Positions 37,629 through 48,014 of a stretch of DNA of 53,775 bases are shown one piece after another; positions within the stretch are counted from its first letter, which is position 1; each line of letters opens with the position of its first letter. Origin of the DNA: Folioceros fuciformis. Lineage: Eukaryota. The notes under the pieces were generated by a model, which did not search any database, was not told the DNA's origin, and worked only from the letters and a program-made list of their open reading frames with translations. Both the position numbers and the translations under genes were made by a program. The stretch is from assembly GCA_049999805.1 (NCBI GenBank), contig JBNGIO010006293.1:214166-267940 (forward strand), written 5' to 3'.

Positions 37629-38682
37629 CAACACCGCAGCGGCTCGCTCTCCGCAGCTGCTGCCCTAGCGTTCACCGCCGAATCCACATCCAGCTCTCGG
37701 CTGCCAGGCAGATCGGAACTCCTGAAATTCAGAATTCCTTCATCCAACCAAGTCCTGGCCACAGTCCCCCGATCCGACCCAATGCTTCCACGCTCGATCA
37801 AGAAATCCGTATGCTGCACCTCAAGCAACCCCGGCCGTTCGGTGCACTTCCAAGCAGGTACCAAGCGATCGTTGCACTGAAAGATTGAAACAGCCCGCTT
37901 CCTTGCTCCCAATCACAGCCTGCATTGCGCGGATTAGCCGAAGCTGCCACAAGAATTGCCTTCGATTCTGCTCCGACATCACGGTCGCTTGCAGGCCTGC
38001 ACCCCTGATGAGACTACTACGCTCGTGCTCGGCGACTCCGCAACAGCGTTTCAAAGTCCCAAAGTGGTGTGCTCTTATAAGGTCCAGCCGACGGACATCT
38101 GGACATAATTAAATGAACACATGTACACAGGTACGTGGGACTGGACACACCAACATAGAAAAGGGAAGAGATAAATGGGTTCATCAACGGGAATTCCTCT
38201 TTGTTTGAACTAAACACACTCATTTCTCCATCATTGAATATGCAAAATCCTGGGGCCCGGCTTGCTGGAGATGGTGAGTCTTGTTCACAAGGTGTTGCTT
38301 GCATTGGAATCAAATACTGATCTTTAAGCTATGAGGCAATTTGGAAAGCCAACCTTGTGGACTCACATAAGTGTGTTGCATTTTATTTTATTTTCCTTTC
38401 CACATATGAAGTAGTATATTATTTTTTTGGTATATTATATTAAAATATATTACAATGAGATTTTCTCTATTTTTCAATAATACATCTAGACCCTCATACA
38501 ACTTATAAATTATGTTTGCCAAAGCCTTCTGTATAGACTGATAAAAGTATAGAACCAAAAGAAGGTCACTACTACTGAAGAAAGGAGGAGAGTCATGATA
38601 GAGCTTGAGGCACGCAAGGTCCAGCTAACCAAAGGAGAACACAGGTCAACATCAACTGGGACCACCAAAATTCTGTCCTCTT

Positions 38683-38833
38683 ACATAGTCCTTGATTACA
38701 AGGTGCTACAGCAAACATAGTCCTTGATTTCAAGGCTGCTACAGCAAACATAGTCCTTGATTACAAGGCTGCTACAGNNNNNNNNNNCTGCTACAGCAAA
38801 CATAGTCCTTGATTACAAGGCTGCTACAGCAAA
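38683..38833. repeat. about 33-bp tandem repeat spanning an N gap
   Basis: acatagtccttgattacaaggctgctacagcaa is repeated at least 4 times; Ns at about 38778-38788. Confidence 0.85.
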
Positions 38834-39548
38834 CGAGAGTGACCAAAAGATTGTGCTGCCAATGTCTGTTGTTCCGAGGTTTGTTCAGCTACTAAGAGGT
38901 TATCTCACAAAAGGTATTAGAGTGCTGTCAGATAGGAATGGAATTGACAATCTACTAACCCTTGAGACTTACACCTACGAGCAGATAGGGATTGTGATGG
39001 TAAGACTGAACTGAATCAGATGGGGAGGAGGAGACTCTAATTTCATCACATTCTATAGTACATTGCAACATCTCAGATATGCCTCCCACTGTTTATGTAG
39101 TGAGTTTGAATAGACGATCTATAGATGCCCTCAATGGGCATGAATTGTGGGTGACAAGGACTTCCAAGGACTCCTTAAATTGAACTTACGCCTGAGTTTG
39201 TCCAGAACATGTGCATATGCAATGTTGCCAAAGGTACGAAGATAGAGAAATATATGGCTTAACACTTGTCCAAGCTTCGCACGGGTGGGAATCTCGAGCT
39301 ATGGAGCCCTTGAGGCCCCCTATTCACATAGGGAAGTTGGAGCTCAGAGGGCTGTGCAAAGGTTACAAGGGTTTGTTATTATTCGGTCTGGAGATTTAGC
39401 GCTGTGGGACCTTTATGCCCTAACGGGAATGATCGATTGGGAAAACACGTAGCGGCAAGCACCCGAAGGGAGGGGGGCAGTAAGTGGAAGTCGAAGAGGA
39501 CAAGCAGGAGCTGGCTGGGGCGTTGCTCACCTGAAGGCAAGGCTAGGC

Positions 39549-40847
39549 ATGGCAACCTTCGACGACGACGACGTGAGCTCAGGCCCGCAGCCCTTCGACT
39601 TGGGGTTTGATCCGCGGCTTCCTTCTGGACGCTTCGAATCCTTCAGGAGCACTCCAGATCGGTTCGCGGAGCAGACGGACGATCCTTTGGAGCCCGATGG
39701 CACGGACTCGCCGTTTGCAGGCAACAACGGGTTCGGCCATGACTACTCTGAACACTCCTACACCGCATTCGACGACGAGACTGCTCGTCAGCCTTCCTAC
39801 ACGGATTCCTTCCGAGCAGAGTCCCTGACGGACTTAAATGAAGGGCCCGACTTCTCCACCGACGAGCATCCTAATGGCAAGATCTTCCAGGCGTACGAGG
39901 GAGGCAACGGCCTGTACACCTTCGCGGAGGAGGACACCAAGCCGGCCAACAACGGAGCTGCTTTGCCTCCTCCGGAGCAGATGCAACCTGAGGAAGGTTT
40001 TGTGCTGCGGGAGTGGAAGCGGTGAGTGGAAGGAAGTTGTTTAAGCTTGCACATCATGCTTTTGCTTCAGATCTAAGTGTGGCCTGGGGTTGCGGGACTG
40101 ATCTGCCTCTGATCCGAGGATCGTGGAGTCGTGCGGGCACTTTTGGTGCGTTAGCTTAGGCTGTGCCGTGAGTGTGCGTGTTGTGTGCAGGCAAAATGCC
40201 CTTCGACTTGCCGAGAAAGAGATGAAGGAAAAGGAAGCGCTTGCCAGGATTGAGCGGGACGCAGCTGACTTCAAAGATGAGTTCTATGCCAAACGGAAGG
40301 CGAATAATGAAGCAGTTGCTAAGAGCAATCGTGAGAGGGAAAAGGTGTGTTTGGAAGTAGGGAATACAATGCGTGACAGATTGCTTTTCATTCTGGTGTC
40401 ATGTGGAACTCTGATGGTGACAACGTGTTTGTTCCGGTTTGCGAGTCCTCATGGTGTGACTGTGACTTACTTTATCCGGGATCTCATTCGCTCTGGTTTG
40501 CGGTGCAGGTCTTTCTCGTAAACCAGGAGAACTTTCATGCCAACGCTCACAAGAATTACTGGAAGGCCGTCGCAGAGCTTATACCAACGGAAGTTCCAAC
40601 GTTGGAAGGGAAATCACGGGGCAAGGATAAGGATAAGAAGAAACCGTCAGTTGTGATCAACCAGGGACCGAAGCCAGGGAAAGCCACTGATCTGACCAGG
40701 ATGCGTATGATCTTGATGAAGTTGAAGCACTCGCCGCCCAACCATATGAAGCCTCCACCACCACCAGCTCCAGCTGCGAATGGGGCTCCGGCGAACCCTC
40801 AAAGTGCTCCAGCAAATCCACAAGCGGCCCCAGCAGTCCCTGCCTAA
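39549..40847 (+). CDS. CLC: clathrin light chain
   Basis: Exons 39549-40021, 40191-40344 and about 40510-40847. Motifs: [71 protein letters not shown]. Confidence 0.93.
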
Positions 40848-41608
40848 GCTTTTGTGTCATCTCTAGTCGTTTCGACAGCTGAGGTCCTGACGGCCTGCCT
40901 CACTCCTGGTTTGGATAGGGACGCAGTAACTTGTTGTTGCGGCCTGTGTGAGGCTGCGGCTGGCAGAGAGGCGGAGTCCCGAGTGATATCTTCTATCAGT
41001 TAGCTTTATGGCTTAGATTTGATCAGCTGGAGGAAGGGAAGAGGATCATCTGCGTCTCAAGAGACTCTTCTTCTGGCGTCCGATACGGACTGTGGAGAGT
41101 TCAGGATTCTTGTGTAGTTCGGGAGGATCATTCTTGTTGTAGCAAGCGTGTGTTTTTGTACTTAAGTTGTCGTGTAACCTCGGTAAAGTTTCGCATTTAT
41201 CGACGATCTCATCCGGATGTGCTCTTCTGGAGAACTTTAGAACGCGGTCCTTTTCATGCTGACTGGTCGCGCACGTAGCGCACCTCGTCATAGAAATCTT
41301 GGGGAGATCGAAGAACGCTCGCAAAGCGGTATGCAAGCTGATCCTTTCTGCGAACCTTCTTGCGATGAAGTTTACCCTGTCATCTCATTTAAGACGGAGT
41401 AAATTGGATGCTTGGGCACTGGAGGAAGAGAAAGCTTGGGAGCCCGGTGAGAGATGCGTGCTACGAACCTTGGTAAGCAGAGTATGCGAGTGTTCTTCTC
41501 CGTTAGCGGACGACAACATGGACAGCGTGATTGGCTTAACCAGCCCAACTGGCGCTCCGGATCTGGGTCTCGTTGGGTTCAGAGCTTCAGGCTGTAGATG
41601 CGGAAGGC

Positions 41609-44600
41609 ATGAGTGTTGCGCTTCAGCTGAAGAGTGGGCGACAGGGCCTCCTGTGGAGACAGAGGAATTTTGGTGGGATGTCGGACATCAAATTCATGGC
41701 TGAAGGACACCTATGGGGGGTGACGGATGAATCTGTGAGCCAGCTATGTCAGCAGGGGCAGCTTGCTGAAGCTGTGGAGGCTCTGGGAGTTCTGGTGCAG
41801 ACAAATTGTGGTGTTGCTCAGTCTGTATTTCGTGCAGTTATCAAAAAGTGTGAGATTCAGAGGAATCTGGTTGTGGGTCGCCTTGTCCATGCTCTTGTAG
41901 TGATGAAGGGGTATGAGTCGGACACGTTCTTGTGCAACCACATCATACGAATGTATGCTTCTCATGCCAGGTTGGCTGAAACGATGGATGTGATCTCTGT
42001 GGCTGCCAAGCCGGATGCCTTCATGTGGTCTTCCGTGATCTCTGCCCATGTTAACCACGGACAGGCTGAGCGGGCAGTACAGCTGTATCAGCAGATGCGA
42101 AGGTCAGGTGTGAAGCTGGATGGCCATGTGTTTGTGGCAGCCCTTCAGGCCTGTGCCAGGGGAGCAGACTTGAGTAGCGGGCAGCAGGTGCATGCTGATG
42201 TGTTGGCCAGTGGCTTGGAACCTAGTTTGTTCGTCTCTAATGCCCTGGTGGACATGTATGCAAAGTGTGGCAGCTTGGAGGATGCTCAGAGGGTGTTTGA
42301 TGGACTCGGTCGAAAAGACGTGGTGACCTGGACCTCGTTGATAGCAGGGTATGCGCAGCATGGCATGGGCCTCGAAGCTCTCTGTGTGTTCTGGGCTATG
42401 CAAGATGAAGGGATGGCTGCGCCGGATTCTGCCACGTTTGTGTGCCTCTTGCAGGCATGTGCAAGTTTGGGCACACCCGCTTTGGAGCACGTCAAGCAGC
42501 TTCATCAGAAAATTAGGGAACGAGGCCTGCAAGCCGATGTGTTCGTAGCCAGCAGTTTGGTGAACATGTACACGAAATGTGGCAGACTGGAGGATGCTCG
42601 AAGTGTGTTTGATGGACTTGGCCACAAAAATGTTGTCACTTGGAATGCTTTGATAGCAGGGTACTCCCAGCAAGGCATGGGCCAGGAAGCCCTTCATCTT
42701 CACAATGCTATGCAACAAGAAGGCGCTGTGGTACCTGATTCTGTGACTTTTCTGTGCCTTCTGCAGGCGTGTGCAAGTGTGGGCACCTCGGCTTTGGGCA
42801 AGGGGAAGCAGCTTCATTCGCAAATCAGAGAACGGGGGCTTGAGGCCGGTGTGCGTATGGCCAGTAGTCTGATAAACATGTACGCAAAGTGCGGCAGCCT
42901 GGAGGATGCTCGGGACGTATTTGATGGAGTTGGTCAAAAAAATGTGGTGGTATGGAATGCCATGATGGGTGGATATTCCCAGCAGGGCATGGGCCAGGAA
43001 GCCCTTGCTCTTTACTGGGTTATGCAAGAAGAAGGTGTTGTGGCGCCTGATGCTGTGACATTCGTGGGCCTACTCCAGGCGTGTGCGATGGAGGGCTCCC
43101 CAGCTTTGGAAACCGGGAAGCAGCTTCATGCACGGATTGTAGACGGAGGGTTCGAAGCCGACGTTTTCCTAGCTAACAGTTTGGTAAACATGTACTTGAG
43201 GTGTGGCAGCTTGGAAGATGCTCAGAGTGTGTTTAACGGACTTGGTCGAAAAAATGTGGTAACCTGGAATGCCATGATAGCAGGATACTCCCACCAGGGA
43301 ATGGGTCAGGAGTCCCTTAACCTTCACAGTGCTATGCAGGAAGATGGCAAGACCGCTCCTGATTCTGTCACGTTTCTATGCCTCCTGCAGGCGTGTGCAA
43401 GCGTGGGGACAGCAGCTTTGGAGAAGGGGAAGCAGCTCCATTCACAGATAAGAAACGGAGGACTTATGACCGATGTGTGTTTAGCCAACACCCTGGTGCA
43501 CATGTACGCAAAGTGTGGCAGCCTAGAAGACGCTCAAGGCATATTTGACGGACTCAGTCAGAAGTGTGTGGGAACGTGGGCCTCCCTGATAGCAGGATAT
43601 GCCCGGCAGGGCTTGGGCCAGGAAGCCCTTAGCCTTCACTCTTCTATGCAACAAGAAGGCATCGCAGCATCGGATTCTGCGACAATTCTATCCCTTCTAC
43701 GGGCATGTGCAAGTGTGGGCACTTCTGCTTTGGGGACTGGAAGGCAGCTTCATGCGCAAATCAGAGAACAAGGAGTGGGTACTGATGTCGTTTTAGCCAG
43801 CAGTTTGGTAAACATGTATGCGAAATGTGGCAGCCTAGAAGATGCTCAGAGCGTGTTCGACGGCCTTGGCGAAAAAAATGTGGTGACCTGGAGTGCCATG
43901 ATCGCTGGATATTCCCAGCAGGGCAGGGGCCGGGAAGCCCTTCGGCTCTATGAAGCTATGCAAGAAGAGGGTATCGTTCCACCTAATTCTGTGACCTATG
44001 TTTGCCTCCTGCAGGCATGTACAAGTTTGGGCACCATGGGATTGGAGATGGGAAAGCAGCTCCACACACAATCTACAGAACAAGGACTTGAAGCTGATGT
44101 GTTTCTAGCCAGCAGTTTGGTAACCATGTATGCAAAGTGCGGCACCCTAGAGGATGCTCGGGCCGTCTTTGATGGGCTTCCCCTCAAAGATGTAGGGACG
44201 TGGAATGCCATGATTGCAGGGTATTCCCAGCAGGGGATGGGGCAGGAGGCTCTCCGTCTTTACAGTGTTATGCAAAACGAGGGCATTGTGGCACCCGATT
44301 CTCTGACGTTTGTGTGCCTCGTGCAGGCATGTGCAAATGTCGCAGCCCTACACCTGGGCAGACGGCTACATGCACAGATCGAGGAACAAGGGCTTCACAC
44401 TGACGTGCTCGTAGCTGGCAGTTTGATCAACATGTATGGAAAGTCCGGTAGCATGGTTGACGCACAACAGGTGTTTGAGGCATTGCCAGGAAGGGATGAT
44501 GTTGCCTGCAATGCCCTGATTGCAGGCTACACACGTCACGGAGACAGTGAAATGGTCTTCGACTTGTTCGAGAGAATGAGAAGGGATGGCATACAGCCAA

Positions 44601-45145
44601 CTGCCATGACATTCCTCAGTCTTCTAACAGTATGCAATCACGTGGGTCTTGTCAGCAAGGGGCGGGAGTACTTCCAGGCTATGAGTGGAGAACATGACAT
44701 CGACCCCAGTGTGGAGCACTACACCTGCATGGTGGACCTCCTGGGTCGTGCAGGCCACTTGGACGAGGCACTAGCCTTCATCAAAACCATCCCTGTCCTG
44801 CCCAGTGCTGCAATTTGGCATGCCCTGCTAGGTGCTTGTCAGAAGTGGAACAGCGTAGAGATAGGACACCATGCTTTCCATCAAGCAGTGAAGCTGGACC
44901 AGAAGGATGCCTCCGCATATGTGTTGATGTCAAACATATACACCGGCGCCCAGATGTGGGAGCAGGCGCAGGAGATGCAGGCAAGGAGGAAAAGAATTGG
45001 CGCATGGAAGCAGCCAGGGCAGAGCTGGTGGACAGACCTCGACGGACTAGTGCATAGTTTCTTCGTTGGAGATGCCAGGCATCCCGAAAACGCAGTGTAC
45101 TCCAACAACTTGCTTCCAGAAGGAAGGACTTGGCTTATTATCTGA
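41609..45145 (+). CDS. PLS-class pentatricopeptide repeat protein, E1-E2-E+ (truncated WW-type DYW), putative organellar RNA editing factor
   Basis: About 28 PPR motifs in P-L-S triplets (312-bp period), terminal P2-L2-S2 (VEHYTCMVDLLGRAG), E1 (AIWHALLGAC), E2 (SAYVLMSNIY), then KQPGQSWWTD...HSFFVGD..HP. No HxE/CxxC/DYW follows. Start uncertain. Confidence 0.93.
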   Translation: MSVALQLKSGRQGLLWRQRNFGGMSDIKFMAEGHLWGVTDESVSQLCQQGQLAEAVEALGVLVQTNCGVAQSVFRAVIKKCEIQRNLVVGRLVHALVVMKGYESDTFLCNHIIRMYASHARLAETMDVISVAAKPDAFMWSSVISAHVNHGQAERAVQLYQQMRRSGVKLDGHVFVAALQACARGADLSSGQQVHADVLASGLEPSLFVSNALVDMYAKCGSLEDAQRVFDGLGRKDVVTWTSLIAGYAQHGMGLEALCVFWAMQDEGMAAPDSATFVCLLQACASLGTPALEHVKQLHQKIRERGLQADVFVASSLVNMYTKCGRLEDARSVFDGLGHKNVVTWNALIAGYSQQGMGQEALHLHNAMQQEGAVVPDSVTFLCLLQACASVGTSALGKGKQLHSQIRERGLEAGVRMASSLINMYAKCGSLEDARDVFDGVGQKNVVVWNAMMGGYSQQGMGQEALALYWVMQEEGVVAPDAVTFVGLLQACAMEGSPALETGKQLHARIVDGGFEADVFLANSLVNMYLRCGSLEDAQSVFNGLGRKNVVTWNAMIAGYSHQGMGQESLNLHSAMQEDGKTAPDSVTFLCLLQACASVGTAALEKGKQLHSQIRNGGLMTDVCLANTLVHMYAKCGSLEDAQGIFDGLSQKCVGTWASLIAGYARQGLGQEALSLHSSMQQEGIAASDSATILSLLRACASVGTSALGTGRQLHAQIREQGVGTDVVLASSLVNMYAKCGSLEDAQSVFDGLGEKNVVTWSAMIAGYSQQGRGREALRLYEAMQEEGIVPPNSVTYVCLLQACTSLGTMGLEMGKQLHTQSTEQGLEADVFLASSLVTMYAKCGTLEDARAVFDGLPLKDVGTWNAMIAGYSQQGMGQEALRLYSVMQNEGIVAPDSLTFVCLVQACANVAALHLGRRLHAQIEEQGLHTDVLVAGSLINMYGKSGSMVDAQQVFEALPGRDDVACNALIAGYTRHGDSEMVFDLFERMRRDGIQPTAMTFLSLLTVCNHVGLVSKGREYFQAMSGEHDIDPSVEHYTCMVDLLGRAGHLDEALAFIKTIPVLPSAAIWHALLGACQKWNSVEIGHHAFHQAVKLDQKDASAYVLMSNIYTGAQMWEQAQEMQARRKRIGAWKQPGQSWWTDLDGLVHSFFVGDARHPENAVYSNNLLPEGRTWLII

Positions 45146-45540
45146 ACTGATCTCTGTGCTACCCTGCGGTTAGGTTAGACAACGAATACTACATCACAGA
45201 GGGAAAAAAGATGGTTTAAAAGAGGGCAACAGCCCGACGATGGGAGTAGCCCTAGCATCAAACATTTCAAACTCTGTACCAGCTCCTTGAAGAATCAGGA
45301 CCGACCACTGCCACTGTCGAAGAAGTCCTTCGGGTTAGAAGTAGATGAATTTTCTATCTCCTGCACTTCATTGTTCCAACAAAGAACAGTAGTACATAAA
45401 CATTCGTCAATAGACGAGTCTTTGGTGGAATATTCATTCTCGGTTAGACTAATTCGTTCATTTCGGAGTGAAGTTCGACCGGCACCTTTCATGTGACAGA
45501 GCATGAGCGGAGGCCGGCCGGCAGAGCCAGAGCTTCGGCT

Positions 45541-47353
45541 ATGGCGTTGCGACGCGCAGTGTTGGCGGCAGCGTCGGTGTCGGCGTCGGCGTCGGCGTCG
45601 CGCCTTTGCTCCGCGCGCGCTCGCTTCCTCTCCAGCTCCATAGTCTCTCTTTCTGCTGCACCTGGAGCTTCCGATGAGACTGTGAATTCACGGCGTGCCG
45701 GGCCTCCGCGCTTTTCAGCAGCCTTGTACGCCAGTCCGGGCGCAGCACCTGCAGCGTCCGCGTCCGCAGCTGCAGCTGCAGCCGCTGCGGAGCAGGCTGT
45801 GCGGGATGGCCCGCGCACGGATTGGACGCGGGAGGAGATTCAGGCCGTGTATGATTCGCCTCTGCTTGATCTCATCTTCCATGGGGTTAGTGAGTTGTTT
45901 GGATGCTGCTGCAGCGGCGCTGTCTGCATAGCGAAAACGAGGTCGGAATGTCCGATTTACAGGCGTAGTTTTCCGGTCTGGTGCAGGCGCAGGTGCACAG
46001 GCATGCACAAAAATTCAGAGAAGTGCAGCTGTGCACATTGCTGTCCATCAAGACCGGTGGTTGCTCCGAAGATTGTTCCTACTGTCCTCAGTCCTACCGG
46101 TATCAGACGGATGTGAAGGCTTCCAAGATGCTGGGAAAAGACGCTGTCATTGATGCTGCCCGGAAGGTACTTTGGTTTGGACTGTCTAGTTTGCTGGCTA
46201 ATGGAGGAAGGTTCTTTTCGTTTTTCTCCCTCTTCTGGCAGGAAGGTTTGCTGAGGCACGCCCTTCTGTAGGCTAAGGAGGCAGGTAGCACGAGGTTTTG
46301 CATGGGAGCTGCGTGGCGGGACACGACTGGCAGGAAGACGAACTTCAATCAAATCTTGCAATATGTCAAGGAAATTAGGTTGATAGTGTGCCTGCTGTCA
46401 TGGATGGAATGGTCGCCTGCATCGCGTCTCACGCGCCAGAGTTTTGCTGCGCTGTGGTCAGGGAAATGGGGCTGGAAGTGTGTTGTACGCTTGGCATGCT
46501 GGAAAAGGAGCAGGCTGAGCAACTGAAGACTGCTGGATTGACGGCTTACAACCACAATCTGGACACATCCCGAGAGTTCTATCCGAAAGTCATTTCAACA
46601 AGAAGCTATGATGAGCGCCTCCAGACTCTGGAGTTCGTCAGAGATGCAGGCATCAGCGTATGTTCTGGTGAGGTTTACTGCGCTTTCTGAGCTGTGACAC
46701 TGTTTTACTATGCAGGACAGTTTCAGGTTTGGCATTTTGCTGAAGAGGAAGTTCAGGCACTTATCTGTGGGGCAGACTTGAGGTTGCACTTGGCTCAGGG
46801 GCACTGGCAATGTTGTATGTTGTAGGGGGGATTCTGGGACTGGGTGAAGCAGCTGAAGATCGTGTTGGCCTACTGCACACTCTGGCAACTCTCCCGCAGC
46901 ATCCTGAAAGTGTCCCAATCAATGCGCTAGTTGCTGTAAAAGGCACACCTCTTGAGCATGAACAGGTTACTACTCCTCGCCTGTCTTTATTTATCTCCAG
47001 TTTAACTTTCTGCCTCATTCTCGTCCAACTATTCCCCTCCTTTGTTTTCACAGCCGGTGGAAATCTGGGATATGGTGCGCATGATCGCCACCGCACGGAT
47101 TGTGATGCCCAAAGCTATGGTGCGACTCTCTGCTGGGCGCATCAAGTTCTCTCAAGCAGAACAAGCTCTGTGTTTTATGGCTGGTGCCAATTCCATCTTC
47201 ACTGGGGAAAAGCTTCTTACCACGAAGAATAACGAGCTAGAGGCCGACCAGCACATGTTCAACGTTCTAGGCCTGATTCCTATGGCCCCTAATGTGGAGG
47301 CTGAGCTTCAACCTCAGGAAGGCACTGTGACTGCGGCGGTTGCAACGATGTAG
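45541..47353 (+). CDS. BIO2: mitochondrial biotin synthase
   Basis: Six exons with GT-AG borders; Ala/Arg/Ser-rich presequence; radical-SAM motif [55 protein letters not shown]. Confidence 0.96.
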
Positions 47354-48014
47354 GTCAAGCTGCACCACTTCAGGCTGGAGTACGAAGGCTTAGAATAGAC
47401 CCTGAGGTTTTTTTCCTACTGGCAGTGACCAAGGAGGTGTTCATTCCAGGTCACTGTTGTTGGTCCTCTCCACCTACCGCGCTCCTAAGTTTCACCTACC
47501 ATATACCCTGGAAGTCCTTATGAGAAAGCGACACCCTCAGTCTCGTCAATTATGAGTCTCTTCCTCTCTTCGCTTCCGCTTGATCAGCTCGCCAAGAGGC
47601 TGTCACGCAATTGAGCATGAGGTACGGCAGGCCCAGTCAGGTTATAGCGAGCCACCCTCCCGCCTTTTTTCAGCTCCTTGCATCCTTCGTAGTTCGAATT
47701 ATAATCTAGGAAATATATGCCCTGGAACTTTGGGTTGCCCGCCGAACGACTAGTGGCGCTAAACCCCGCCAAGCATGAGCGAGCTGTTTTGCCGTTCCTT
47801 TCAAGGAACGTCCACTGCTTGGAAATACATACTGTACGTGCCACAAAGGTGGCTCCTCCTTAAATGAATACCAAACAAAAATCTCAGGAATTGCCTGGAA
47901 AGGACGTCTCTACACTGCGCGCTTGGCGCGAGCATTGCGTTTCTGCAGCCAGGGGGAAAACGGCGCAGAGGAATTTCAATGTTCCGCAACAAAGGGGGCC
48001 TATCGACTCTCTCT

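Noticed and set aside
42104-43027. 307-aa antisense ORF with repeats
   Set aside because: It is the shadow frame of the repetitive PPR coding strand.
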